NCBI RefSeq assembly: GCF_001194135.2
Contig: NC_068993.1
Span: 52,448,510 to 52,500,203, forward strand
Origin: Octopus bimaculoides
Taxonomy: Eukaryota
Direction of reading: 5' to 3'
Length of the DNA stretch: 51,694 nt
In this document: positions 26,193 through 39,642 of the stretch, piece by piece
Layout of the letters: each line of letters begins with the position of its first letter
How positions within the stretch are numbered: the stretch's first letter is position 1
The notes under the pieces: model-generated
Told to the model about the DNA's origin: nothing
Seen by the model: the letters and a program-made list of their open reading frames with translations, nothing else
Database searches by the model: none
Translations under genes and position numbers: made by a program

Positions 26193-26470
26193 TCAATCAA
26201 TGAATTTCCAACTTAGTATGATTTTTACGTTTTATTATTTGCTATTTTTACAATTTTACAATATTGAAATAAACTAGTACCTTCATATGTTACGCAATCA
26301 TCAGGTTTATGTAATTACAGTTGTGCTCCACAATTAACAATTGTTGTCAATCGTGGAACTGATGATTGCGTAACGTATGAAAGTACTAGTTTATTTCACT
26401 ATAGTAAAATTGTAAAAATTGTAAATAATAAAACATGAAAATCAAACTAAATTGGAATTTCAGTGATTAA
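26193..26470. repeat. About 280-bp spacer-less foldback centred on aacaa|ttgtt (26340/26341), with about 22 extra nt in the left arm
   Basis: gaaataaactagtaccttcatatgttacgcaatcatcag versus ctgatgattgcgtaacgtatgaaagtactagtttatttc, with imperfect pairing continuing outward. Confidence 0.9.
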
Positions 26471-26636
26471 TGTGTGTGTGTGTGTGTGTGTGTATATACG
26501 TACATGGATGTTTGTATACATATGTAAGTGTGTGTGTTTATATTTATGTGTATATACATATATGTATGTATATGTATACATACATGTATATATGAAACGT
26601 TAATCCCTATGCATTCTTTTTCTCTCTGTCTCTCTG

Positions 26637-26672
<36 letters not shown>

Positions 26673-26821
26673 TTCTCTCTCCATTTTCTTCCTCTCAACC
26701 CTTTCTGTTGAAGTGCATAGGCTTGAAACATCTAAGACTTTTACATTCTTCTCAAGCATCAAATTAATACATTTGCTTGTTGTTCCCTCACCTGTCTTCA
26801 TCTTTTGTTTTCTGTAAATTT

Positions 26822-26875
<54 letters not shown>

Positions 26876-27427
26876 CATATATATATATAGTTCCATTCCA
26901 TTGACCAAATCAGCTGGAACCCTCATTGCCATAAGCAACGGATTGCCTATATATATATATAGACAGACAGACAAAGAATTAGTAATACAATGTTAAGTTA
27001 TTGGTAATTCAAGTAGACAATTCAAAATCAAGAAGTCTCCTTAGCCTTGCTAAGGGAAAAACAACCCCTGTAATGCTGGTTTCATACAAAAAGTATGCAC
27101 TCGGTTCATACTGTGGTGTAAGGGTTGCTGGTAGGGAGGGCATCCAGCCATAGAACCTATGCCAAAACTGAGACATTGGAGTAAGACATGATCCTCTACC
27201 ACACTGGGTTATATTAAACTTTGTAACTCAGGTGTGTGAATTATGTATGGAGAGAGGAAAAAATGTAAGTCTTCATATTTGGTGAAGTTGTCTTTTAACC
27301 TATTGTCAAGTGGCATGACTAACCATGAAGCCTCTGTATCCATCTGTCCCCCTCTTGAACCTCTGCTATCTTCCACCAGTGATAGCTCTCCTTTTTGCTT
27401 CCATTCCAATTTATGTCAGATTATTAT

Positions 27428-27580
27428 TCTTTATTGCCCACAAGGGGCTAAACATAGAGGGGACAAACAAGGACAGACAAAGGGATTAAGTCGATTACAT
27501 CGACCCCAGTGCATAACTGGTACTTAATTTATCGACCCTGAAAGGATGAAAGGCAAAGTTGACCTCGGCAGAATTTGAAC
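27428..27580 (-). mobile_element. Young SINE, 3' half
   Basis: Close match to 50348-50585. The first 48 nt are perfectly complementary to 32621-32668. Confidence 0.85.
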
Positions 27581-27984
27581 TAACGTTTCAATTTATGTCA
27601 GTTTATGTCAGGCTAAGATCACCTGATGTGTTTCATCACTACCAAACATAAAAAGTTAACATGTGGGGGTTTTTTCTTCTTTTGCTCATTATGGAATTAT
27701 CACAGTTTAGAATGCTAAGACCAATAGAATGAGTACCAGACTTAAAAAATAAGTTCTGGGGTCAATTTATTCAGTTAAACCCTTCGAGGAGGAAACACAA
27801 GCTTAACTGCTCTCCAGTGACTGAAACTGATTAAAAAAACACAAAGTCTGCCAATGTGATTGTTGGTTTTCTCGTCATTTGTATAACCTAAATCATGAAA
27901 GGAAACATCTCAGGCAAAGTTTTATACACATTCAAATTTAGAACCTTAAAACAGAAATTTAATATAAGTTATTCATAGGCACAA

Positions 27985-28345
27985 GCAGGGGTGTGTGGTA
28001 AGAAACTTGCTTCCTAACCACATGATTCCATGTTCAGTCCCACTGCATGGCACCTTGCGCAGGTGTCTTCTGCTATAGCCTTGGGCTGACCAAAGTTTTG
28101 TGAGTGGATATGGTAGATGGAAACTGAAAGAAACCCTTCATATGTGTGTGTATTTTTGTGACTTTGTTTGTCCCCTTCCACTGCTTCACAACTGGTGCTG
28201 GTAAGTTTACATCCCCATAACTAAGCAGTTCAGCAAAAGAGACCAATAGAATAAGTACTGTGGTCGATACATTTGACAAAAAAATTATTCAAAAATTCAA
28301 AGCAGTACCCCAGCATGGCCACAGTCTAATGACTGAAACAAATAA
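27985..28345 (+). mobile_element. Full-length tRNA-derived SINE
   Basis: Head gtgtggtaagaaacttgcttcc...gttcagtccc. 3' part cagcatggccacagtctaatgactgaaac also occurs at about 30.35k and 34.1k. Confidence 0.8.
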
Positions 28346-29097
28346 AAAATAAAAGACAAGTATTTATAAATTTATAAAGTAAAAGGAACTCATTAATTTT
28401 CTCAGTAGTGATGCACTCCATCAGAACCTTCCGTCTCTGCAGGAAGCGCCTGGGACTAAAATGGTTCCCCCACTTCTGGACCAGATGAATGGGTTATTAA
28501 AATTACATCACTTCTCCAGGAATCTATGTTAACTAGAGCTTTTAGAACTTGTTTGGGGTTAGATGCCCTATATTCTGATCCAGCTTTTTAACATATTATC
28601 TATAATTTGTTAGAGCTTTCATTAAGTCTATCTGTCTAAATGTGTAACACTATCTATTTATTCCTTTTATCTCTCTGTCACTATAGTTTTGTGTCTGTCT
28701 CTGTCATTTCCTTTTTAGCGATTATGATATTGATTTCTGTATAGTTTTTTTTTTTTCTTTTTTCCTCTTCAAGGAATGATAAATGTCTGGATTCCCCCCA
28801 CCCCCACACACACACACACTTTTGCTTGTCTGCATAAAGAGAAAGAGAAAGATATGGAGGGAAAAAGAAAGGATGGGAGGGAGAGAATTAAAAAAAAAAA
28901 AACATAGTTCAGAAGCAGAAGATTTGATTAAAGTATTTTATGTGGGTTTCTTGGAAGTGGTAGTGGTGGTAGTGGTAGTGGTGGTGGTGGTGGTAGTGAT
29001 AGGATAGTTACTATTATTCACAGTCTCTTTCACCATTCTTCTATTACTCCCCCTCCCCTTTCTCACCCTTCTTCCTACCACTCTGTTTCCTTTCACA

Positions 29098-29129
<32 letters not shown>

Positions 29130-30016
29130 CTACACAGATACCTTAATACACAGCAGCATGTGTTGCTGGATAACTAAGGAATCAAGTCAAATAGGTCAAG
29201 CTGCATTGATGTATAAGCGATAAACTACAACATAAAGCAGATATTAAATATCTCAATTTATCCTACTTTCCGGGGGGGGGGGGGTCTTTTTTGTCTTTTT
29301 TCTTTTTGCACCTGTTGCCTTCTTCTCATATTAAACATCATTTACATTGCGCTTAGAGTCTTCAATTACAGCTTGATAGATATGGATCTGTCCAATGTTT
29401 CACCTGTGCAACATCTCATCTCTAAATTTGCATTTAACTGTACAGGATAAGTGCTGCTTTAAATGTTTAGCCCCTCTTATTGTGGATTCATCGTTTTCTC
29501 ACAATCATTACACATTGTATTCAGACCTCTTTTATGTGGTAATATTTTTAATATCACAGAAAATTCATTAGAAAGCTATTTTGGAAGTGAAATATAACAT
29601 GTCTTGAATGGCACAACAATGCAGAGTGGACTATAATAACTGTTATAATTTAATTATTCATAGTCTGATATAATATTTCAGAATATAAAAATTCCTTCTT
29701 CAGATGCTGCTAGGAATTAATCAAGTCACTGCTATGATCAGTTTTTCACTGGTTTTGGAAGTCTTTTAATTGTAATTCTTCTGTTCAAAATTGTCTTCAG
29801 TATCAACAGTCAAAAGCTAACAGATGATATTCTTATTTACCTTTACAGTTTATTTTATATTTTGCCAATAATATTGTCATTGGTTTAAATGTTTTCCATT
29901 CAGTCAGTTATTGCTTCAGTATATTTATAATGATGCAAGGGATGAGGGTATGTCCACAACTAGGCACAAAGGACCTCTTTTAAAGTACCCATGCCTAGTA
30001 TATTTCACTAATATAG

Positions 30017-30163
30017 CAGGCATGGGCAATCTTTTCTGATAATTTGACTGCATGACACATTGTTCATCAATCAGGAGGGCCACACTATTGATACCATTCA
30101 AAGTAATTTTTCATTAGGTATGTCATTCAGAAAGTTATTTTGGGTGCAGCTTGCCCATGACTG
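30017..30163. mobile_element. hAT-like MITE remnant
   Basis: Terminal repeats CAGGCATGGGCAA / TTGCCCATGACTG. The 8-bp TSD matches only partially. Confidence 0.5.
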
Positions 30164-30378
30164 AAACATATCATCGCTACCCCTGTCCTTCACCACTGCT
30201 TGACAACCGGTGCTGGTGTGTTTACATCCCCGTAACTTAGTAGTTTGGTAAATGAGATAACTAGAATAAGTATCAGGCCCAAAATAGCAAGATTAGCACT
30301 GGGGTCGATATATTCAACTAAAAATTCTTCAAGGTGGTTCCCCAGCATAGCTACAGTCTCATGAATGAAACAAATAAA

Positions 30379-30501
<123 letters not shown>

Positions 30502-30899
30502 GGGTTTCCACTTAGTTTCTGACTGTCAATTTCCACTCACAAAGTATTCTTCACATCCAGAATGACATGGTCACAGAACTATCTTCTTTACCATTCAGCC
30601 ATGCCTGTGTCAAAATCAAGTTGTTATTTAGCCATATTTCATTTGGGGAAATACAAATAACTGTTGATCTTACTTAAGCTTCTTGAGTCCAGCTGTCTCA
30701 GTGAGTTGCAGGTGTAAGCAAGATACTTAATTCTATATTGTCTTAGTTCAAACTAACTCTCAGGAATAGGTTAGAGTTCTTCCAGATATATTACTTGTAA
30801 TAGACTAGCATCTTATCCTGGAGGAGATGTTATTCCACCTCCACTCATGAAAAGTGGAACTGAACACCAACCCTTAACAGTCACAGGTTTTAGTTGGCA

Positions 30900-30935
<36 letters not shown>

Positions 30936-31059
30936 TGTCTGTCTATCTGTGTGTGTATGTGTGTCTTTGCGCGTGTACGTGCACACACGCATATGTGAAT
31001 TAAGAGGTAAATAACTGAATTTTTTCAATATCTTATTTACTTTCAAAAATATCCTGATC

Positions 31060-31090
<31 letters not shown>

Positions 31091-31105
31091 TTTGTTTCGT
31101 TTCAG

Positions 31106-31158
31106 CTGAACTCTTTGATCCTGATGCAACATCACTACAATTGAAAGTCATAAAATAT
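31106..31158 (+). CDS. PDE2A: PDE2A-like GAF-A exon ((A)ELFDPDATSLQLKVIKY), 53 nt, phase 1 to 0
   Basis: Acceptor tttgtttcgtttcag|, donor TAT|gtaagt. Phase matches the previous exon. Ungapped match to human [18 protein letters not shown]. Confidence 0.93.
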
Positions 31159-31680
31159 GTAAGTTTACTGTCATATTTCTCTTCAATTTTAGTTCTGTTA
31201 GACATAAAAGGGTTGTGACAGTCATAATGACCTTCCACTTTTTCATTCAATCATTTTAACAGTTAATATCTTTTTTCTTTCTCTTTTTAATACTTGGGGT
31301 TAGATAAGTCTTCCAAGGCATAATTGTTACCAACATCAAATCAGCAACAATACATACAAGCAGACTTCTGCATGATTTAGGTTTTAGTAACTTTTAGTTA
31401 TTATTATTTTTTTTTTTTTTTATTCGTTTTAGTTTATTCTGAGAACTTACCTTCCATGAACAACAATGCCTCCTAATAAAGCCTGAATTGAATTGATTTT
31501 GTTTGTCTCAGTCGGTTACAAACATATATTTCAGATCACTGATCTCAAATACAATGCTTCACTTTAAACATTAGAGTTCAATTCCTGTATGGTAAAATCA
31601 ATTGCTCCTCCATTTGGTGACGTGTGTGTGTATGTATGTATGTATATTTATGTGTGTATATTTATGAATATATGTATGTA

Positions 31681-31728
<48 letters not shown>

Positions 31729-31913
31729 NNNNNNNNNNNNNNNNNNNNNNNNNNNNNNNNNNNNNNNNNNNNNNNNNNNNNNNNNNNNNNNNNNNNNNNN
31801 NNNNNNNNNNNNNNNNNNNNNNNNNNNNNNNNNNNNNNNNNNNNNNNNNNNNNNNNNNNNNNNNNNNNNNNNNNNNNNNNNNNNNNNNNNNNNNNNNNNN
31901 NNNNNNNNNNNNN
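31729..31913. other. Assembly gap
   Basis: N run preceded by (AT)n. Confidence 1.
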
Positions 31914-31914
31914 G

Positions 31915-32330
31915 TTTTTGTGCGGGTGACACGTAAAAGCACCCACTACACTCTCTGAGTGGTTGGCGTTAGGAAGGGCATCCAGCTGTAGAAACTCTGC
32001 CAAATTAGATTGGAGCCTGGTGTTGCCATCCGGTTTCACCAGTCCTCAGTCAAATCGTCCAACCCATGCTAGCATGGAAAGCGGGCGTTAAACGATGATG
32101 ATGATGATGATGATATATATATATATAAGTGCCTGTGAGGTGCCACATAAAAGCACCCAGTACCCTCTGTAAAGTGGTTGGCGTTAAGAAGGGCATCCAG
32201 CCTTAGAAACCAGGCCAAATCAGACTGGAGTCTAGTGCAGCTCTCCAGCTTGCCAACTCTGGTCAGACCATCCAACCTGGGGACCAGCATGAATAACGGA
32301 CATTAAATGGTGATGACAATAATGATGATG
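31915..32330 (+). mobile_element. Two adjacent copies of the (GAT)n-tailed SINE-like repeat
   Basis: The first copy is near-identical to about 8910-9095; the second is more diverged. Confidence 0.85.
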
Positions 32331-32465
32331 TTATATACACACACACACACACACACACATATTAATGTTTATTTTTAGGTTGAGTTCCAACTAAAACAAT
32401 TTAACATTAAATTGAAGAATTACTCTATACTTTTTGTAGATTACATGCTCATTATAAATTTACAA

Positions 32466-32570
32466 GAAGTGGGGTGACAGTGACTTTGAAGATTTGGCCA
32501 GCTACCATTTGTATGACAGTCCAACAAAGGGTAACCAGCCAAAACTTTGAAGTCACAGCCACCCCACTTC
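32466..32570. repeat. Imperfect inverted repeat or small MITE (about 47-bp arms)
   Basis: gaagtggggtgacagtgactttgaag... pairs with ...ctttgaagtcacagccaccccacttc. Confidence 0.7.
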
Positions 32571-33519
32571 ATATAAAACTGTTATGTGTATATATATATA
32601 TATTGATATAGATATAGATATGTCCTTGTTTGTCCCCTCTATGTTTAGCCCCTTGTGGGCAATAAAGAAATAAGAACTGTTAACATAACAAACAAAACTC
32701 TTAGCAGCATTTCTTTCCAGCTTTACGTTCTGAGTTCAAATTCCACCAAGGTTGACTTTGCCTTTCATCCTTTCAAGGGTGATAAAATAAGTACCAGTTA
32801 TACACTGGGGTCAATGTAATCGATTGTCCTCCTCATCCTCCTTTTCCAAAATGTCAGGCTTTGTGCCTACAGCAGAAATAATTATTTCTTGTAATTTTAA
32901 ACCAATTCTTGAAATATATCTTGAATGATATAAATTTTAACACTTATTGAACATTGACAGCTTTTCATTTTCAAATACTTCTAGATTTCCTGCTTTATTA
33001 TCATTTTATTCTAAGCTTCAGTATAGTACATTAAATACATTTATAAGATAAAACTGCTGTATCAATCATGCTGATTACTGCTGTTAAATATATTCATCTT
33101 AATTCATCAGTTTAGTCCATCAACTGGAAATAATTATTGCTCACGAAAGAAAACTATGTAAATAGATTTGCTAATATTCAGTGATCTTGCTATAAATTGC
33201 CTGATATCATGTACTGAGGATACAGTTGTTGACGATTTACTTGAAACACTCGGATGTTGTGCAACTGACACCTGCTGACACTGCCACTACCATCAATATA
33301 CTATCCACTGATTATATATGGGCTGAGAGAGTCTCTACTCGGTCTACGAGAAATAGCAGTCAAATCTCCCTAAAATCACCATTCCTGCCATCTTCTATAA
33401 AGACAGGACAAAGTAGATAATGTAGTGCTACATATGGTTAAAAAGAAGGAATGGTCATAGCTGGATTGTCACTGATCATACATCTACTTTGATCACCCTA
33501 TTCTGCTTAACCTATGTGA

Positions 33520-33835
33520 AAGTGCATGGCTTAGTGGTTAGGGTATTCAACTAACAATAATATTATGAGTTCAATTCCCAGCAATGCGTTGTGTCATTGA
33601 GTAAGAGTTTATTTCACGTTGCTCCAGTCCACTCAGCTGACAAAAATGAGTAGTACCTGTAATTGAAAGGGGCCAGCCTTGTCACACTCTGTGTCACACT
33701 GAATCTCCCTGAGAACTACATTAAGGTACACATGTCTGTGGAGTGTTCAGCCACTTACACATTAATTTCACCAGCAGTCTGTTCCGTTGATCAGTTCAAC
33801 TGGAACCCTCATCAATGTAACCAATGGAGTACCAG
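33520..33835 (+). mobile_element. Full-length tRNA-derived SINE
   Basis: A-box tggcttagtgg, B-box gagttcaattccc. Inverted relative to 1285-1603. Confidence 0.85.
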
Positions 33836-34146
33836 CTTACTCTGCATACAAACATATTAGAATACCTTGGCTTTAGGTGGGAGAGGATAAGCAATTATAT
33901 CAACCCTAGTACTTAATGTCGTCATCCCCTAGACCTTGCTGGTCACAGTTTTAGGACTCATAGGACCAGTTATCCGGTTTCCATATGTGTTTATGTCCTG
34001 TAACTTAGCAGTTCGGCAAAAGGGGCTGATAGAATACATACTAGGCTTACAAAGAATAAGTCCTGAGGTTGATTTGTTCAACTAAAGGTGGTGCTCTAGC
34101 ATGGCCACAGTGAAATGACTGAAACAAATAAAAGAGTAAAAGAAAA

Positions 34147-34210
<64 letters not shown>

Positions 34211-35475
34211 ATACTCACACATTCACATACACAGGTATACACACATCAGGCTTCTGTGTAGTTTCCAACTATCAAGATACCAGTCAACTCAAGTCTAAAT
34301 TAGAAGACACTTTCCCAATTTCTGTACAATAGGATCAAGCTCAAAACCAAATGATTGCAAAATAAGCATCTTAGCTATGAGTCTGTGCATGCAACTATGT
34401 TTTTTCTGCCTGCTTTTTATACTGAAGAGCTGTCAAAGCCAATCAGTTTGCTGCTCAGAAGACAATATGGCTTGTGCATCTGCTTTCAGGCTTAGAGAAA
34501 ATATTGTCTTCAGCAGATGGTTAGGATTAAACTTACCATTTCCTGTCTGTAATCTGGAAATATTTCTGCTTAGCTAGTAGTTAATAATGTTGTCTTTCCC
34601 TCTGTAAAATTATTTTAATTTCTTACTCAGACTTTTTGCTTGGTAATGTAAATACTTTTAACATTTCGAATCCATCGTATAGTTGGTGGAGGTGCATAAT
34701 TTAGTGGTTAGAGTGTTGGACTCATGATCGTAGGATTGCAGTTTCAATTCCTGAATGCATTATGTTCTTGAGAAAAAACACTTCATTTCCACATTGCTCT
34801 AGTCTACTTGGCTGGTAAAAATGAGTAATCATGTGACAGACCAACATCCCATCCAGGGTGGAATATATACATCAGAGAAACCAGAAAACTAGCCCTGCTC
34901 TCCTTACAGAGTAACATGGACTGACCATTGTGCTGTTGCATTATTGTGCCGGTGGCATGTAAAAAGCACCCACTACACTTTCAGAGTGGTTGGCATTAGG
35001 AAGGGCATCCAGTTGTAGAAACATTGCCAGATCCGATTGCAGCCTGGTGCAGCCGCTGGCTTTCCAGACCTCAGGAATTTATTGTCTGTTTTATAAAGTT
35101 GCAAATGGTGGAAGAAGTAGGAAAATTAATGATGAATAGAAAAGAAAGGGTTGCTGACTTTTAGGCTTTGGTTCATATTAAAAATGAATAAGCTATTAAA
35201 TTGATAGCAATAAAAGGAATGGGTGATTAAATTGCATTATTGTGATTAGTGGTGATTGACATAAAATCATTACAGGAGACAAGATATGTGACGTAAGAGT
35301 CAGTTCAGTGGTGACTGAAATGATTCTGTCATCATAAAACAGACAATACAGAAAGTAGCTCCTTAGAAATGGGGCTTTCAATAAGGAAGATGTACCAATT
35401 CATGAAGTAAATATGGAAAAAAAGAAGCCATAATTGCTTTTCACTACATATTTTCTTTTGTTTTTGTCTTTTCAG

Positions 35476-35550
35476 CTACAAGAACAAACAGATGCTGAAA
35501 TTGCATTTTTACTTTTGAATGATAAGGACAACAATGATCTGTTTTGTCAG
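35476..35550 (+). CDS. PDE2A: PDE2A-like GAF-A exon (LQEQTDAEIAFLLLNDKDNNDLFCQ), 75 nt, phase 0 to 0
   Basis: Acceptor tttttgtcttttcag|, donor CAG|gtgatg. Ungapped match to human [25 protein letters not shown]. Confidence 0.9.
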
Positions 35551-35678
35551 GTGATGTATCATATAAGTCTATTGTGTGTGTGTGTGTGTTTGTCTTATGT
35601 ATGTGTGTAAGCATGTATGTATTTTTGGGTGTATGCTAACATATATTATATATATGTGTGTATATGTGTGTGTGTGTG

Positions 35679-35712
<34 letters not shown>

Positions 35713-35713
<1 letters not shown>

Positions 35714-36940
35714 TGAGGACAGAGTTATGTTTATAAAAAAAACAGATATATAATAACAGATATTAACTTTATCTATCAAAAAATGCTATGAGGATAAAAA
35801 TAAACCTTCTTTTCCATAATGTTATTCAATAAAGCCACCTTCAGCTTCAACAACTGCTTCTATATGAGATCTAAATCATCTACATGCTTGAATCAAGTGG
35901 TCCTGGTTCATTTTGGACATTACTCTGACTATGGCAGCTTTCAAAGAATCTATAGTGTTATGGGTGTGTTCATTGACTTCTCTCTCAACAACGCACCACA
36001 TGTAATATTCCAATGGATTGAGATCTGGGGAATTAGGAGGCCAAATGTTAGGAGTTATGTGATCATGAAAATTTTCAGCCATCCATTCCTGTGTTACTAG
36101 AGCCCATGTGTGATAGTACAGTCTTACTGAAACACATATGGCCTTCCATTGCAGACACTGTCTATCCAGGGCTTAACAATTATATCTAGGACCTCAATGT
36201 AGACAGCAGAATTAACTCTAAGGCCTTGTGGAATGAAGTAAGGAGGCATCACATGTCCTTCATTGCTGACAACCCCTAAAACCACGACAGTTGCAGGAAA
36301 TTTTGTATGCATAACACTTCAAACTTCAGAAGGGCCTGCACATAACCATCTGTCATTTCTTCTGTTAACTTTTTGATCTTGGTCGAAGTTTTTCTCGTTT
36401 GAGAAAAACTAAAGCAAATCTTCTGTTGGATTTTTCAGTTTGTTTAAGAGACTTTTAGATCTGATGTAGTAATTTTCTTTTGCTATTTCTAATAAATTGA
36501 CCTTTCCTCATCATATAAGACTTATATCTGATGTCTTCATGGACAACATTTCTGACTATTCCTTCTGACACATGGAGATCTTTTGCAATTGACCTCATGG
36601 ACTTTCTGGGATTGTAATCGATTGTCTGTTGAACTTACTGAATAAGTTCACATGTTCTGAAGATTTCAAAGCATTTAGAATGCGTTTTATGCTTTGATAC
36701 TGGTGATATGTTTCCATCTTCAGTCTCTAGCTCCTTACAAACTTTGTAGATGAAAGATCTGGCAACTTTTAAAAATCAAGATATTTCTAAATCACTATGG
36801 TCAGCCTTTATAACCACACTAACAGCATGCCTCTTCATTTCTTGAGTAAGCTGAGGGTCTGCCATTATTATTTTCTGAAACAAAGATTATACAGAGTTAG
36901 CAAAAAATGCAGCAATGACCCAAAAAATATATGTCCCCAA
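35713..36940 (-). mobile_element. Tc1/mariner superfamily transposon, maT-like (D,D37D/E spacing), with near-full-length inactive transposase at 36865-35822
   Basis: Minus-strand translation runs MADPQLTQEMKRHAV...PRKSMRSIAKDLHVSEGIVRNVVHED...KPWIDSVCNGRPYVFQ*D...TQEWMAENFHDHITPNIWPPNSPDLNPLEYYMW...AEGGFIE*, with stops and frameshifts. Short imperfect terminal repeats ttgaggaca (35713) / tgtccccaa (36932-36940). Confidence 0.85.
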
Positions 36941-39009
36941 ATGCAATGTGGTTATCAAGCAAACTTCTTAACCACACAGCCATCCTACACTCACCACACA
37001 CCTATACTCACACCTTGAAATATTCATTATGTTTTAGAGTATGTTCAAATTGATAAGATAATAGACAAATCATTATTGCATCCAATTAGCATTTTGTATT
37101 TAGCATTTAGTGGTTCATTTGCGTTTTTTTTTTAAATTTTTATCAAATATTCAAAATTCATATTGTAAAGATCTCAAAAGTAACCCCTTGTGCAATGTTT
37201 GGTACTGAAGACATTTGCCCAAGGTGCTCTGCTGTGGAGCTGAACCCAAAACACAAGTCATTGCAGTTGGTCCAGGGCTGTAGTATAAGACACCTGCCTA
37301 AGGTGCTGCACAGTGGGACTGAACCTGAAAACATGTGATTGATAAGCAAGCTTCTTAACTACACAGCCATGTGTGCCCATATAGATTATCTGTTTTGGAA
37401 TTTAATAAATCCTAAATAAATTTGGAAAAATTTCTACTTTTGGGGTATCAGACATAAAAAAATTAGATCATATTTTCCTACCACTTACTGACATGAGCAG
37501 TTTTTCTCAGCATAAAATTTAGATTCTAAATATATATCATGCAAGAACTAAATCATAGAATTGAGTTATTAAGTTTTATTAACTTGAAAACCAATTAAGA
37601 ATTATTAAATTATTAGCCTAATGTAACACCTGAAAGCTTTCTGAAGCAAAGATAAACCAAACTTCTCATTAAGAAGTTTCGTTAAATTAAAAATGTTATA
37701 CTCTGTGGTCTATTTCATATTATGGTATTCAAAGCATTATAACTATCTAGTTAATTAATTTATTATAATAGTAGTTAGTGCGTCTTAGTGTGATCATATG
37801 CATACTTTTGAATTTACAAAATTAAAGATTCATTATTTTGCTAAGCACATGTGTACCCTCACCGGTTCTTATGCACTTGTAATTTCACCCTCAGTTGTGT
37901 AGAGAACTATAAATTCAGTCCATGACAAACAAAACTGCAAGAGGATAACATTAAACAATTGCTTTATTTACATTCTTTTCTAATCAATAAATCAATGTAG
38001 CTGTGACAAGCTGTCTGGTGTGAGATGCTTGTTGACAAACGCAGATTGCCAGTTTGTGAATCTACATTAAATTCACTGGGGTACTATCAGTTTAACAAAA
38101 TGAGGTATTCACTACTGTACTAAACAGGTTTCCTCCCTCCCTTGTTCTTGATGAAGTCATTTGTTTACAGTTGGCAAACATCATAGCAATGTGCTGTAAT
38201 GATGTTCTGTTAATGACGAGGTTGCTATCATCAAATTTGAAATATTTTTTTACCATTGATATCAAAGTTTCTTACAACGATCATGAATAGGTCTTAGTTT
38301 GCTGCTGTTGTTTATGTATCTCTGAATATATTTCTCATGTATTTGTGTTAATATAGTTTCAGTGACTAATATAAGTTTTAGGGAATGATATGTAAGTAAC
38401 TGTGTTATCAACTTATGTTTTACTATTATTATTCAGTGGCTGTGCAGTTAAGAAACTTGCTTCTAACTATGTAGTTTGGGGTTCAGTCTTGCTACATGGC
38501 ATCTTAGGCAAGTGTCTTCTACTATGGTACCAGGCTGACCAAAGCCTTAGAAGTTGATTTGTTGGTGGAAACTGAAAGAAGCCCATTGTATATGCACACA
38601 CATGCATATGCATGTGTGTGTGGTGTGTGTTTGTGCCCCTTTGTCTTGATACCATGCAGTAGTTGTGAACAAACACCATCATCATACAAGCAGAGTCCCT
38701 TGTTTCCTGTCGTCTGTGAAAACATATCCAGACATGGAGAAACATTACCTTGCTTGGAAACAAATGCAGGGTAGCTACAGGAAGGGTTTCCAGCCATACA
38801 AAATCTGCTTCAAGGAATTCCATTTGACTCATACAAACACAGAAAAGTGTACTTTAAAACAATGATGAAAATGATGATGAATTTAATATCTTCCAGTTGT
38901 TTCATATTGTAAATGCATAGTCAGTTAACAACTAAGTGTTATGCCAGAGTGTCCAATGTAACATGAAGTTTACAACTTTTAATAATAATAATAATAATAA
39001 TAATATGCA

Positions 39010-39567
39010 GTCCCAGGCAGTAGCTCTCATGGCTTCTGTTCTTAAGTGATTGGAAGTGTTGTCATGTATATTGTTTTGTCTTGGTATAAAAGATGGGCTA
39101 CAGCAAATATTCTGCTCCATACCACAGATTTGCTTGTCATTTGTTTGACCTTATCCAGTTGAGCAACCACCTTAGTGGCTGAAGATATGTGCATCTCTGA
39201 TCTTGAACAGAAGTAGTGGGGGAGCATCATAGCCATGTGTTGAGAGGAATTCCTTGGGAGTTTGGATAATCTACCTTTGGAAACATGGGTGTTTTGTTCA
39301 TCATCCTTAAACAACCCTTATTCAGGGACCTTTTGAGTGGGATGGTCTACTCGACCTGAAAAAAATTCTAACTGGGTCCCACCTGCAAGATCATGCGCTG
39401 TTTATCTTGAGATGATAAACACTATGTCATTCACATATGATTGTGATGCATATGCCTGGTGTACCCTTATCAAGTGGGTAGTCATGATGGGTGTACTGGG
39501 CTTCGTATATCTTACCCCAGTGTCACTTTGGTAGCATGCGCTGCTCTCTCACTCAATGATGATAATG

Positions 39568-39618
<51 letters not shown>

Positions 39619-39642
39619 GTAATAATAATAATAATAATAATA
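39010..39642 (+). mobile_element. Unclassified retroelement-like insertion between (AAT)n arrays
   Basis: Complex, higher-GC sequence bounded by (AAT)n at about 38980-39003 and 39565-39642. No clear ORF. Confidence 0.45.

Noticed and set aside
26360-26392. Functional hammerhead ribozyme within the foldback
   Set aside because: Stem II would close with a T-T mismatch, no proper stem III/NUH partner was found, and the long hairpin would out-compete the fold. Kept only as a relic hint.
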